Below are positions 13,287-27,257 of a stretch of 64,000 bases of DNA, piece by piece; within the stretch, counting starts at the first letter, position 1; each line of letters opens with the position of its first letter. A program made the translations under genes and the position numbers. This DNA comes from Lama glama (Eukaryota). The DNA lies in contig CM052818.1 in assembly GCA_028534125.1 (NCBI GenBank), forward strand, positions 46,626,001 to 46,690,000, in the 5' to 3' direction. The notes beneath the pieces were generated by a model that was given only the letters and a program-made list of their open reading frames with translations, did not search any database and was not told where the DNA came from.

Positions 13287-14107
13287 GTGAGAGCAAGCTT
13301 CTAAAATTTAAATTCTTTTCACAAATATTTGTTGACTACCTACTGTAAGAAATGTGTGGTTCTTACCCTCCATAATATTGATACAATTTTTAAATAGTTA
13401 AAAGTACTTCAAATTGTGTATTTTTGGAATACATTTGAATTTACACAAATGATTGAATATTGAATTTTTGATTTATGATTTAGGTTTATGATTGAGACTT
13501 ATGATTGGCTTTTTTTCCCCAAATAGAATAATCAATATTCAAGAAGCTTAATTATTAAAATCAAAAGTATTTCTAGGAAGCTTTAGAAGAGCTTCTAGAC
13601 CCAATCTTTCTATAAATAGATTAACCAGACAAAATTAGGACTTTTTGAAATATTTTCTTTCTTGGGGACCCAGCTCTTTTCCTGAGTTGTTCATTCCACA
13701 CACCTTGGGATGTTAAAGGCCCTTCATCTTTAGAGACAGTTAAATAAATCATGTGTTCTGCTTAATAAGACATGTAAGTATGTACTTACCATTTTCATTA
13801 ACTTGTATCAGATATTTCTATTCAATAATATAAACGAGCAAAATGTTGATTATTTCCTCATGAACAACCAAGCTGCATCATTTTGGGGACTAATAAATTT
13901 TATGTATAAATTTTTTATGTGGCAAAGTATGTATGTTTTATCAAACTTAAGAAAAATGATTCTTTTTCTTAGAACTGTGTTTTCAACACTAATTTTTTTT
14001 GCCAGTGAGTAAAGTGAATAAGAAATGATTTCAGTTTTACACTAATGTGTGTATATGTGTGCACATGGATGTGTCTGTGTGTGCAGACATGCAGAGTTTT
14101 ATTTATG

Positions 14108-14505
14108 ATTTTTTTAAGTGGCTAAAGCACATAACATAAAATTTCCATCTTAGCCATTTTTCATTGTACAGTTCAGTGATGTTCGGCAGTGTTAAGTAAT
14201 CATTACTGTGATGTATCTCCAGAACTTTTTCAAATCTGAAACCCCATAACCATGAAACAGCTCCCTGTTTTCACCTCCCCCTGCCCCTGGTAACCACCAT
14301 TACACTTTGTTTCTGTGAATTTGACTGCTCTAGGTACCTCAAGTAAGTGGAACCGTACAGTGTTTGTCTTCTAGTGACTGACTTACTTCATTTAGTATAA
14401 TATCCTTGAGGTTCATCCATATTAGACAAGATTTCCTTCCTTATTAAAGCTGAATAACACTGCACTGCGTGTGTTTATCCATTCATCCACTGACAGGCAT
14501 TTGGG
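14108..14505 (-). mobile_element. L1M-type 3' end fragment
   Basis: ACATAACATAAAATTTCCATCTTAGCCATTTT...GCTGCTATGAACATGGG, homologous to the start of the 43360 element. Confidence 0.88.
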
Positions 14506-15619
14506 GTGTTTCCTCCTCTTGGCTATTGCGAGTAGTGCTGCTATGAACATGGGCGTGCAAACACTGTAAATCTTTTTAAAGCTGCTAAATCAATAATTAT
14601 TACTTTATTATTATTTTTTTGACATGGGGGTACCTAATTTAATTAAATGTTAACCGTCATTAATGAAATTGTGATATAAAAATTTTATTATTGCAATACA
14701 ATTATGATACCTAATGTTTTTATTGAATATTTATGCAAGTATGATAATAGTTCTGTACTTTTAGCTCATTTAAGTTGAATAGCACTATAAAGAACTATAC
14801 TGTTACTTATCTTGACTTAAAGATAAATGACTTAATCCCTCAATTTCCTATCCAAGATACTATCTGGTGAAATCTAAATGGAACCCTGTTTTGCTGACTT
14901 CAAACTATGATCTGTTTATGCTCTTTTGCCTTTCTTTCAGCCTTCAGAATAATTTCTTCTAAGGATAATGTCTATATTTTCAATGTTTCAAGTTAACAGA
15001 AAACTCCTGAGTCTTTGGAATTACAATTTTGAAAACTGATGTACAGTTCATATATCCTTAAGGGTCATAGATTCAATTAATTGGCTTTAATTTATATATT
15101 ATACCAGAGACTTTGATGTCTCACTTTTTATCCCAGCTGATTAGAAGGGAGAAGGATGCTGTAGAAAGTAAGTCACAGACATTAGAGCTGACAGAGGCAA
15201 GCCTAGGCTAATAATTGATGTCTGTGGTTATGACTCAGAATCATAAACCTAATGTTTAAGGTAATTGCTTAATAAGTAGCGTGTGTGCACTGCTTTTTAA
15301 AATAATGGTTGTCATAAAAGTTATAATCAAATTTAATGTTTAAAGGTTAAACTTCTTCACCTAGAAAAATCTATGCATAATATCTCATTCCCTAATGACC
15401 CTGGGTGAATGACATGTGACTACCACATATAATTTAGTATCCATCGTGACATGAGTGTCTGTGTTTAATTTTGATATACTTTTGTATTTAGTCACTCAGT
15501 ATTTGTGTTTCTGTTTACTTGTATTCTTATAGTAGCATCTGTTGTATTTTGCCAGTTACTGTAATTATTTGCTTGTGTGTATGTTGCCACTAACAGATTT
15601 TTAAATTCCTTGAGAGTTT

Positions 15620-16140
15620 GCTCACTCATTTACTCAACAAATATCTGAGTACCTGTGTGGCAGTCACTGTCCCCCACTGGGGATGCAATTTTAAACAGAC
15701 AGACAGACATGCTTCCCACCCTCAGGGAGTTTAGGGCCTTTTGGGGAAACACAATAATCAGATGTTAATCACACAAATAAAAGTGTAATTACAAACAAGG
15801 ATTAGTATAGTAAATGAAATTAGAGGAGGGTAGCAAGGCTTCCCTGACAGTTTAATGTTTGACCCAGGAGCTGCCGTGTAGGTGGTAGTTGGTTGGGTGT
15901 GGTAGAGGGACGACTTTGAGGGTCCAGAGGTGGGAAGGAGCTGGGGGGCACGTTGGTGAGGAGGGAGTGGCGAGGCACAGACCAGGTTTCAAGGTAGCCC
16001 TGCTGTGGTCTCTCCACCAGTCAGGGTTTTCCTAGGCCACAGGCATGTAAGGATTTTGGTGGTTATCCAAAGGAGCAGTAGGAAACCTTTGAGGGTTTTA
16101 AGCAGTGGAATGTTGTCAAATTGGCATTTTGAAAAATCAC
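15620..16140 (-). mobile_element. L2 3' region
   Basis: CATTTACTCAACAAATATCTGAGTACCTG...AGACAGACATGCTTCCCACCCTCAGGGAG. Confidence 0.7.
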
Positions 16141-16953
16141 AGGTATTTTGCCGCACACTGATAGACCTTCAGTAAGTAGGTGTCTAAGGGAACCGAATTA
16201 TTCGTGTAATTTTTTTCTCATATACCTTAGTATGTTTTAGCACCTTTAGCCCCACTGAGGTGCTTCTAACCTGTTTCACATCGCGGCACTTACAGAAGGC
16301 GACAGTGTGTGTGCTGCGCTCGCGGCGGAGAGGCCAGCTGGGGTAACCTGCCCCAGCAGCGGCTGCCCAGGCCCTGCCCCGCTGCCCCCGGCTGAGCGGG
16401 CACTGTCTCGTCCTGCTGTGACTCGTTCTGGGCACACAGGCTGGGCCTCTCTCATGTCACTAGTAGGGGATTAATGAAGTAAGGTTGTGAAGAAAGGCTT
16501 AAAAAAACTGCATCATATATACAAAACACGTATTTTGAGATTTATTGTTTTACTGTTCTCCCTGTAGTCCTGGTAAAACACATATACGATAAAACCATGT
16601 TCTGTGTCGTATTTCACCGGCACTGTTAGAGATTTGGTTACCGTACCTGTCCCAAGATTTTATAGAGGTTGTGGTACTTCTTTTCAGTGCTCAGTATTGT
16701 TTGTGTTTGCTTATTGTGAATCAAGTTGCAGGGCCAACGCCAGATCACTAGTGCTATTATAAAACCATGTCATTTTCTGTTTGGCTTTTGCATTATTAGT
16801 AAATGGATAAGAGTTCAAAGGTGATTCTAAATTAATGCAGTACTGTAAACAGCACTTAACATCATGAAAATTCAAGTACAGTATATAGATATAACTGGTA
16901 TTTCAGCTAAGCACAGCACGTTGACGAGTTCTCTGTGTCTTTTCTGTCTGCAG

Positions 16954-17052
16954 TGCGGCCAGACTCCTTTGATGATAGCTGCTGAACAAGGCAATCTGGA
17001 AATAGTGAAAGAATTAATTAAGAATGGAGCTAATTGCAATTTGGAAGATTTG
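16954..17052 (+). CDS. KIDINS220: KIDINS220 exon 3, ankyrin repeat [33 protein letters not shown]
   Basis: 99 nt, phase 0/0, ctgcag|...|gtatat; ankyrin consensus. Confidence 0.97.
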
Positions 17053-18110
17053 GTATATATTGAAATATTTTACTCATTTGTCTTTCTCTTTTCCTTACCT
17101 TAGCTATTTGTTTTTAGGAAGTCATCCAAAAGTAACAGATTACAGCTTGTACTTTAGCTGTATCCCACCTTTGCCTAGTAATACGCTGTTAATTTTTTGA
17201 AAGAAGTAATACAGGAGAAATGGTTACTTTCAGCGAAAGGGCTCAGCTCGTCATGTCTTTCATGTGTAGGTTGCACTGGCTGAACAGGGAGCAAGTAAAC
17301 GTAAATTAAATGCTGACCGAGAGGATACCCATGTATGAGTTATACTGTGAAGTGTCTCCCCGTAATGGTATCTTATTATTGTAAGCATCATTATAGATGA
17401 TGAGCCAGAAAGACGTGGTCCCTCCTGATGCCACTTCTGGGGGTAAATCACTGTTCCAGGAGTCTTACATCTCCTCTTACTTCCTTTCTTCCCAGGAATT
17501 GTTTTTCAGGGTCACACATCTGGGTTTTTTTAATATTTGTTTTTATGATTCATATTGGTGATATTAAATTGATGACTTTAACTGAATGATCATTTGAATT
17601 AGCTTTTACAGACCACTCATGAATAAAAGTTAGGATAGGATACTTGTAACCTTTATTGAAAGAATAAAGGAGAATAGTTCTTTATCACAGTTTCTGAGCT
17701 CATCACATGGGGTCGCTTCAGTTTAGTAGTTTGTAAATGTGCTCTGAGATCTGACTACAGGCTCTTTCATTTCAGTTTATAGTAATGGCTGCTGGCCGCG
17801 AGGATTAGTTTTGAGGTTTTGATAGTCATCTTTTCTCCTTTTTGAAAAACACGATATGTGATTAGAAGTCCAGTGAAAAGACTGAACAAGCACCTGGGAA
17901 ACCATTCCTACACACTGTAGTTGTACGGGGAGACAGGTCTAACTTCTTATCAGAGCTTACGCCTCAGTGTTGTTTTAGAGCAGTTTAGAGAGGGTCACGT
18001 CATGTCCATTTGGTACGATCATCTGGTATGTAAATTCAAATGTATTTCTCCTCACTTTGGAATGCTATTTTTGGTTTTGAAATGATAACATTTGTGTCTG
18101 TGTGTTCAAG

Positions 18111-18209
18111 GATAACTGGACAGCGCTTATATCAGCATCAAAAGAGGGGCACCTGCACATTGTGGAAGAACTGCTTAAATGCGGGGTCAACTTGGAGCAC
18201 CGTGACATG
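18111..18209 (+). CDS. KIDINS220: KIDINS220 exon 4, ankyrin repeat [33 protein letters not shown]
   Basis: 99 nt, phase 0/0, ttcaag|...|gtatgt. Confidence 0.97.
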
Positions 18210-19954
18210 GTATGTACATTCTTTATATGTTATTAATTAGCTGGAATCTTGTTAACAGTAACAAATATGTGTGAAATCTTTCATTTTTAGGTATGGGGTG
18301 ATGTTACAATAATGTTTTTAGGATTTGGGATTGGGCATTGAAATGACCCTCAGGAATGTTTTAAAACCCAGGTGATACAATGTACCTCTTTTAGAACATT
18401 CTTAGTCATCATTTTCTGTTTATTTCAGTGTTTAAAATTCTGAAATATTGTTAAAACAACTCATTACCCTTTATAATGTATCAGTGTTTTAGAACTTACG
18501 AGAGAGGTGTTCCCGTTAAGAAGAATTTTAAGAGGGACATAGTATAGTACTATAGTTTTTAAAATATTTTCAGTTGTTTAAATTACGATTTTCAGAGTAC
18601 TACTTTTAAATTTATTTGTAAATGTAACTGTGTTCAGATATACTGTTTGTGCACATTACAAGTTTAATAAGATATGATCCTTAATTATCTCAGCTCTTAC
18701 TTGATTTTGACATCTGCTTAAAGCACAAAGGTGAAGAAAGTGATCATTTATGGCTTATTTTTTCTGCAAAATGCTCAGCCTTTTCAAAAGTTAATTTTAA
18801 CAGGGGATAAGAAGAAGGAATTGAACTGCCTTGATGTAATGTATTACTTTGCTGATGATGCTTTATGAAGGACAGGTGGTCTGAATTTTTAAGAAGCTGC
18901 AGCACTCCACCATCTTGCACTTAATACTATGTTGTACAGTGTGACTTACACAGTGTTCTTACCTCTGCAGTCTTATATTTATTCTCAAAACTTAGTGAAG
19001 TGCCTGTTGTACTGATTTTTATAGAAAAATGCAGAACCATTTGTATCCTCCCTATTTCTGAAAAAATTTGAAGTGCATGGATATAAAAGTCTAGGGAGAG
19101 AAGTTACTGATGCCAGTAATCTAGGTGAGGGATGGAGATGTCAGGTGACAGTAAAATGTGATGTTCTTACCTTATTGGTATATGAAGTAGTTGGGAAATT
19201 CTTGGAATTACCTAGTTCTCAGCATTTTATTAAGGCACCATACCAGTTTATCAGATGAATTAATATTAGGTACCCATTCTATGACTGGTCCCTTTTCATG
19301 CTTTGTAACCTCTCTAATTCACTTCTCAGAAGAATCCTATGGGCTAAGGGTTCATTTTGCTCTCAGTGTATACAGTTCAGGAAATTGAAGCTTGAAGAAG
19401 TACTCTTTGCCCAAAGTCACTCAGCTCTTAAGCAGCCAGACTGAGGTTTGAGCCCAGGTCTGCTTTCTCCGGAGGCTGTCTCCTCTATGACTCTTCCATG
19501 TATATTAGCCAGGGAGTTAGGGGCTGTGAAGTACACATTACGAAAATGTGTAAAAACTTAGCAAGATTTGTAAAAAGTGGTTTCTTAAATTGTTTTAGTT
19601 GTCTGGAGGAGACTATCTAGGAACATAGAATATTTTCTGAAGGAAAATATTCAGACAGCCAAAATAAGTCTTGGAAATTTGGAGGAGTCCAGCATGAATG
19701 TTTCCTATTTCAGTTTCCATGATATAATGCAAGCTTTGGACAATCATTTCTGGACTTAAGAGGTTTGACTTTTCTCAGATACTGTTGTATATTCCTCTGG
19801 GGAGCTTGGGTATTAAAAACAACAGAGTAGTGATTTCTTAAAACAGTGATTTTGTAAAGCATATTCACAAAAGGACCTTTATTAATGACATCTTTGTGCT
19901 TGGAGACAATCCAGTGTTCTATTTCCCTCCCGCCACCATGTTTTTTCCCTTCAG

Positions 19955-20053
19955 GGAGGATGGACGGCCCTCATGTGGGCGTGTTATAAAGGCCGCACTG
20001 AGGTGGTGGAGTTGCTTCTTTCTCACGGTGCCAACCCAAGCGTCACTGGTCTG
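19955..20053 (+). CDS. KIDINS220: KIDINS220 exon 5, ankyrin repeat [33 protein letters not shown]
   Basis: 99 nt, phase 0/0, cttcag|...|gtaagc. Confidence 0.97.
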
Positions 20054-20947
20054 GTAAGCGTTGAGAAAAAATTCATCTGTGATATAAGTGGTCAGTTGTT
20101 TCAGAGAATGCTTAAGGCTGGACTTCATAATGAATAAAAATGATCTAGATCTTACTAAAGATAATAACGCAGAATGTGATTTCAAAACATAATGAGAGAA
20201 AAAACACAATGAAGTTTTTTCTCAAACTAATTTCTCAATTTTTATCAACAAAAAGACAACTCTTAGAGCTTAGATATTAATTATAACTATATAACATTTC
20301 AAAAGGAGATTTTGAAATCCTTAAGTCTTGCCTGTTTTCAGTGAGTATGCATTCTCAATCTGAACTTTTCTTAAAGAAGGGAGACCATACCGTGTCCGTA
20401 CCACTTCTCTGTACATTCTTGTAGGTGGTAGTACCTGCCTTATTACTTCACTTGAGACTTGATCTCAGACTGCAGATTAGTTGTTTTATTGATGAGGGGC
20501 TTCCCTTCACAGTGTATATGTATGTCAATCATCACATGGTGCACTCTAAATTTCTTATAACTGTATTTGTCAGTTATACCTCAGTAAGACTGAGAAAAGG
20601 AAATGGTTTTATTTCAGTTAATGAAAGGATTATAAAGAAAGGTTTCACATTCTTATTAATCTTACCTGTTAGATAATCACATTAAATGTGTTGACTCTGT
20701 AAGAATACATGTGTTCATAATGTATAGTTATTTAAGGTCGAGTACATCTTTGTTCCGGTTGTGTATTATGAGCATTATGTGTATTTTTAAAGTGGAGAAT
20801 GGTCTGTAACTTGAATTTTAAAGATACGACTTTGTATTACTCCCTTTGTTATTTCCTCTTCTTAGGAGATGTGTTGTAAATACCCATCTAAAAGACCTTT
20901 TCTCTCCCTCCTGTCTCCCTACTGCCCCCTCACCTGTCTCCCAGCAG

Positions 20948-21046
20948 TACAGTGTTTATCCCATCATTTGGGCAGCAGGGAGAGGCCATGCAGATATAGT
21001 GCATCTTTTGCTGCAAAACGGTGCTAAAGTCAACTGCTCTGATAAG
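20948..21046 (+). CDS. KIDINS220: KIDINS220 exon 6, ankyrin repeat [33 protein letters not shown] (alternative start 20945 adds Q)
   Basis: 99 or 102 nt; tandem acceptor cagcag, donor AAG|gtaggt. Confidence 0.96.
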
Positions 21047-22419
21047 GTAGGTCAGCAGGGTCTTTCCAGGTTCCAGTTCATATTATGTCCACGCAGTGTG
21101 TCTAACTTACAAGTATTTTCATATGATCTCATGGGGCTGCTCTGACATACCTTATGTTTATATATATTAATGTATTTTATATAGACTTAATGTATTTTAC
21201 GTAGACTGACATCTCATAGGTGGGTTCCTTCCAGGTGTTAAATACGTACTAAGTGCCCTTCCATTGTTTTTTATATCACGTTCATCATTCTTGGGAAAAT
21301 AGATGGGGGTGCTTCTCTAGCTTCATTATTTGAAGTTTTCTGTTATAACTCTTCTTTCTACCTTTGGTCCTGTCTGCTTTCTCTGTATTGTTGCCAGATG
21401 ACCTTTTAAAATTCATTTTGTTCTCTCTCTCTCATACTTGGAATCCTAAAGACATCAAGTCTGTTGATGTCTGGTGTATAAAGATAATCCTTGCTGCCCT
21501 TTTTCCTGCTATCTATACCCTTAAGCTACCTTGCATGCTGGACTATCAAATGATGCAGGTTCCCGAACGCGTCTGTTCTCAGGCCTCCACGCCTTGCCTG
21601 TGCTCTTTCACAGTGTGGAGTGCCCCCTCCTCCTCGTCTGCTTAGCTTGCGTTCACCCGTCACCCTCAGCCCGTGTGCCAAGCAGCTCCAGAAGGCTCCC
21701 AGGATTTGATTCTATTCGTTTTTTACAATTGTTAATCCCACAAATAGTTAATAAGTATGTATTTAATTGTGTCATTCTTTCTTACTTTTGGGGAGCTCTG
21801 ATGGCTCCTGCAGTTCCAGGACAAAGCCCAGACTTCTCAGTGTGCCCCAGGCTGTCCTCCCAGGTGTACTTCTTGCTGCTTCTCTCCGCATGCACTATGC
21901 TTTTAGACAAAAGATTGTCTACCCTTCTGTGAACTTTCACGAGTTTCTATGAAGTGGGTGTGTGTGTGTGCGTGTTTATTCTGTTCCCTCTGCTAGGAGT
22001 GTTATTGCCTCCTCTGCCTGATGAACTCCTGTGTATTTTTTCAAGGCTCAGTTGCGATGTTGTCTTCTTTGTTCAGTCTCCTTTGCTTACCTAGTCAGCT
22101 TGGATGCTCCTTGTTCCATCCTGTCCGTGTTCTCTGTCCACACCTCCAGTAGTGCACAGAAGTTCTGTTGGTCGAGGCTGGTGTAAAAAGTAGGCATTTA
22201 TTAAATGTTCATTTCAATCTGCAGTCTCCTAGGTGAAAGTCACGGTGAGTATTCATATTATCTCTCATTTGCCAGACTCCCCGAAGATAAAGCATCGCTT
22301 TTATGCATGATTTGTATTCTCTGATGTCTTTTGAATCATGTTCCAGTGGAAGGTGCTTGTGAGTGCAGTTTCTGGGCTGAAGTTTATTTTGTCAAGTATA
22401 GAGCTGATCTGGGGTGGTT

Positions 22420-22635
22420 GGTGGTGAGGAGCTCAGACTGAAGCCAGGCTCGTTGGGTTCATGGGTCTTGCTCCGCCTCCTAGTAGCTTTGTGACTTTGA
22501 GCCTGTAATTCTCAGGGCCTCGTTTGCTCATCTCTGAAAATGTGATACTGTGATTTGTACTTACTCCGTGGTAAGGATTACATGAGTTAACCCACATAAA
22601 GTAGTTAGAACCATGTTTGGCACTTGGTTGTTACT
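22420..22635 (+). mobile_element. MIR SINE
   Basis: MIR core TAGCTTTGTGACTTTGAGC...GGCCTCGTTTGCTCATCTCTGAAAATG...TTAGAACCATGTTTGGCAC. Confidence 0.75.
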
Positions 22636-22951
22636 ATTTTTGACTATAGTCAGACTGTTGGACTTTAGATTGTATTTCACAAGATAAGGGAAGTAAAGAA
22701 AGCTTATTAGAAATTAAAGGCTTTATGACTTTGTGCTGGAAAAATTGTCACTGATTGTAACAGTTAAAGTTGGTTAAAATACATTTCATGAAGTAGTTAA
22801 CCATCTATTCAGGAAAAATAAAATGGGAAAAATATGTCTGGGGTTATATGATTGATGTAAGCAATAATCAATGAATACTCAAAGTGTGTTGAGAGCTAGT
22901 TTCTTTTAGTATACCTTTGATAATAATTATGAATTTATTATTTTTTAATAG

Positions 22952-23050
22952 TATGGAACCACCCCTTTGGTTTGGGCTGCACGAAAGGGCCATTTGGAAT
23001 GTGTCAAACATTTATTGGCCATGGGAGCTGATGTTGATCAAGAAGGAGCC
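22952..23050 (+). CDS. KIDINS220: KIDINS220 exon 7, ankyrin repeat [33 protein letters not shown]
   Basis: 99 nt, phase 0/0, taatag|...|gtaagt. Confidence 0.97.
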
Positions 23051-24739
23051 GTAAGTATCTCTTCTACTTTAACCACTGGTGGTGGAGATTTTTAGTTTTA
23101 AGAGAGAGGATATTTTTTCCTTATTATGTGCCGAGAAAAATTTCCCTGCAGTTCTTAAATGGTGGTTAAAAAGCAAATACTTTCATTTAACCTGATAAAT
23201 ATATTATAGATACTAGGTATTATAAACATGTGCTTTTAAGGATTTATTGCTAATGCACAGAAATTTTGGGAGGTTAAAACTATACAGAATATCTTTTAGT
23301 AATCTTAATGTAATTACAATACTCCCCAAATCAAATAGTTTGAAATACTGCTGTGGAAAGAATTTTTGTTCTGTTAAAATATCTTTTCTTTACAATGTAA
23401 ACATAATATAATTTTTTGATATTTTTAGCTGTGACTTGTTTTCGTTCTCTAATAGACAGATTTGAAAAAGTCAAAAATCAGTGATCAACATCTAGAAAAG
23501 CTTGAAAGTTGGTTCAGTGTATGTTACTGACTAGCAGTTATTGATTCCTTATTGAGTACCTGATGTGCACGCAGCCTTGTGCCAGACGTGCTGGGGATAC
23601 TGGAGAAGCCTGTCAGGCTGCTTTTCTCTTGAACTTGTAAGGATATGGTTAAAGGAGATGACATTTGTGCACAGGAAACAATACAGACTTCTATTTACAT
23701 AATTAAGTATTATATGAGACGGATCATAAAGGATGCTGAGAAGAGTTGCTACCAAATCTCTGGCTGCTGTGTAACAAAAGTGAACTCGAAATCATGCTTG
23801 ACTTCTTGGCATAATACCAGCTAGCTCCTCCTGTTTTCCATGTTGACAGAAGCTACTAATTGCTGACCTTCAGGGGGTGTATAATGTTTTAGTGCTGTGT
23901 GGAGGTGCAGCGTGATTCTTACCCAGCCGTGGAAGTCATACCTTTCACGTGCCTCCTTTCTGGACAGTTTATCGAGTAGCTGAGTGTCTTGTCTCTATGA
24001 TTACTGACTGCTAAAGAATCTGAAAAGGCTGTGTTATCTTAATATTGAGAGAATTATGGCTTAGTTTGGGGGGCTGATACAATAACCGGAATATTTCTAT
24101 AATAAAATTGTATGACATCTCAGTAGATCAAAATCTCAAGAATAAATTTTAATACTTCTTTTGTAGTGAGTCAGATTCTTCTGTTAGGTGATTTATTGTT
24201 ATAAATTAAATGTACAGTTTTTTTTTTAAGAGAACCACTAAAAATAAGATAGCTTGAAAGTGTGGTTTCTAGATCACTGTGAAAGGCAGAAGAAAATGCA
24301 ATTATTTTTATTGAAATATTCTACAGCTTATGAATTCATGGCTTTACTTCAGTTTTTCCTATAGATTTTATTATAGAGAGTTCTGTTTGAAGTCTGATTG
24401 ACCTTACTTTGGATTCTTTAGAATGTGTTTAATTTTGAATCATCCTATCACCAGTTTTACACGTCAGTACTTTAATGAGAGTCCAATTTCAGATTATCGT
24501 TTAAAGAATTGAATGTTAAAACAGTCCTACTGGCTGAAGAGGATTTGTGTATCTTCAAAAATGGAAAAATACGCTTCCTGGCCATTTTTCATGTACGTTT
24601 GCTGATTTACACTGGCATTTTATTGTCAGAAATAACTGTTAATAATAGGCCACCTATTTGAAAATACCAGTTTTTTGATTATGGCTTAAGTTATATATTT
24701 CCTAAAATTACTAATTTTTTTTTTTGGTTTGTTTTTTAG

Positions 24740-24937
24740 AATTCAATGACTGCACTTATTGTGGCAGTAAAGGGAGGCTACACACAGTCTGTAAAAGAAA
24801 TTTTGAAGAGGAATCCAAACGTGAATTTGACAGATAAGGATGGGAACACAGCTTTGATGATTGCGTCAAAGGAGGGACATACAGAAATTGTGCAGGATCT
24901 ACTTGATGCTGGGACATATGTGAACATACCTGACAGG
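24740..24937 (+). CDS. KIDINS220: KIDINS220 exon 8, two ankyrin repeats [13 protein letters not shown]...GTYVNIPDR
   Basis: 198 nt, phase 0/0, ttttag|...|gtaggt; overlaps ORF 24746..25045. Confidence 0.97.
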
Positions 24938-25199
24938 GTAGGTTACTTATGTAGAATTTGTCTTCCAGTGGTGGCATTGATGACGGTTACCTTAGTCTCT
25001 CACCACCTTTCAGGATTCTTCATGCGTGACAAACATTTGTTTTAAGATGTTTTATTTCTGCCTTTAGAACTAAATAGTTAAAAACTATTCAGTCTTTGTG
25101 AAGGGGGTTCTTTTTAATTTTTTTCAAATAATATTGTTAATTGAAAATGTGATATTGAAACTGTGTCGTTTCACGGTTGGTGTTATTCATTGTTCCAAG

Positions 25200-26222
25200 G
25201 CCTGCAAGTACCACCCTTACACTTAGAATTTTCAAATTTGTGTCTCTTCCGCTGACCTCTTCTCAGAAGTCTGCACTCGCGTGTCCAGCTCTGCTTGAAC
25301 TCTCCACTTGAGTGTCTGCTGGGCCTCTTCACTTACGGCAGAGCAGGTGTCGTCTTTGTTTCACCCCAGTCCTGCTTTTCCCTCAGTCTCCTCCATCTCA
25401 GTAAACGGCGTTGCTCTCCACCCTGCTGTTAAAGCCCCCAGTCCTGCACATTAGTCTTGGTGGCTTCTTTTCCTCACCTGCCACATCCAGTTCTTCAGCG
25501 GGCTCCACTGACCCCCCCTCCAGACCGTGTCCTTTATCTGTCCGCTTCCCTTCCCTTCCGCTACACCTCCTGCTCCAAGCCACCGCCTCCCTTGTTACAG
25601 CAGCAGCACCTTCCCTGGCTTTTCTCGTCATCTCTGATTTATTCTCCACACTGTTCTCAGAGTGATCTTTGAAGCAATACATCGTATGTGTACTCCTTTG
25701 TTTTAAAGTCATCTAAGGCTTCCTCCTGCTCATAGGATGGATGTGACTTCCTTAGTTTGTCAGCGCTGCACGTCGTTGTCTTGCCTGGCTCTTTGTCTTC
25801 CTTTTGTACCTCTCTCCCTCCTGTTTCAACAGGTTGCAGCCATTTTAACTTACTTTCCCTTTCTTGACCACACTGATCGTGTTGCTGGCTTGGGGCCTCT
25901 GTACCTGTGCTCTGTCTGGGATGCTGGGCTTCCTGACCCGCATGTGGCTGGCTCCTCCTTGTCCTTCTGATCTCAGCTTAAGTAGCACCTCCTCAGAAAG
26001 GACTTCTCCAACTAGCCAACCCAAAGTAGCCACCCAGTCACTTTCTATCATGTCACTGTATTTTATTTGCATTACACGTATCTGAGTCTTTATTTGTGTT
26101 TATTGTATGTTGTCTGTTAGTCTCCTCTAGACAGTAATTCTCCTGGAACTGGGATCTTGTCTGTCTTACTTCCTAGGGCCTAGAACTGTGTGCGTGGCAC
26201 ATAGTAAGCAATGAAATATTTA
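25200..26222 (+). mobile_element. L2 3' region
   Basis: Pyrimidine-rich L2 phrases ending GGGCCTAGAAC...TGGCACATAGTAAGCAATGAAATATTT. Confidence 0.8.
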
Positions 26223-27158
26223 TAACCTTTTATTAATTTACTAGTCTGGACCCACATTAATGCTAACATTCTCAACTAAAATGTGTCTGCCATGGGTTTA
26301 TTTATACTTTTAATGTAGTAGTTTTAAGATACTATATCATAGACTGAATAATCCTCGGGGACCTGCGTCTTGATTTAGAGCCGACTGGGGCCCACTTAGG
26401 ATTGAGATGAACCGCAGCTCATGGAATTGCCCAGCGCAAACCTGTACAACTGAATTATAATTTAGCATTAAAAAAAAAGGCCATTTCCAGTATTTGAAGT
26501 AGAGGAATATATAATTAATAATGATTATTGCTTGGCGACTGTAATTTCAGGGCAGAGATGTCCTTATGAGGTAATGAACTTCATCTAAGCCTTGTACTGG
26601 CGTGTGAGCCAGGCTTGTGCACTGTGGGCCTGTAATGCCAAATGGATAGACTTTAGATGCTGTTCTGGGAACTAACCTTCTCCCCTAATTACATGTGGTT
26701 ATAAATCCACAGATGGCTCTAGCTTTATGACTCTCTTTTTTAGAACCCATGGTTTTGATCATGTAGCATTATTCCAAGGGATCTGTATTATGAAATTGCC
26801 CGTGTTCATCTGGTTGATTGACAGCCACCGTGTCACTTTATTTAATTTACTTTTGTAATGGGAGGTTACCTTTGAAGAGAAAGGCTTATTGTTCTGGGTG
26901 ACTTATCCTTCTAAACTTTTGTCCTGGGATTTCACGTGTAAATGTCCTCATTCTGAGGTATAAAGTCTTCTGTCTTTTATTCTTAAGGCTGTTAATATCA
27001 GGTATTAATATTAGTTAACTAAACATTTTCTGTTATTTAGAGATAACTTTTTCCCAAGACATTTTTCAGAAAAAAGTCTTATTTTAACACACGATTAATA
27101 TTAACTTCAGAACAGTGCTTTTTGTTCTCATCCTCAGTTTGTCTTTTTGTCTTTTTAG

Positions 27159-27257
27159 AGCGGAGATACTGTGTTAATTGGGGCTGTCAGAGGTGGTCAC
27201 GTGGAAATTGTTCGAGCACTTCTCCAAAAATATGCTGATATAGACATCAGAGGACAG
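27159..27257 (+). CDS. KIDINS220: KIDINS220 exon 9, ankyrin repeat [33 protein letters not shown]
   Basis: 99 nt, phase 0/0, ttttag|...|gtgtgt. Confidence 0.97.
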
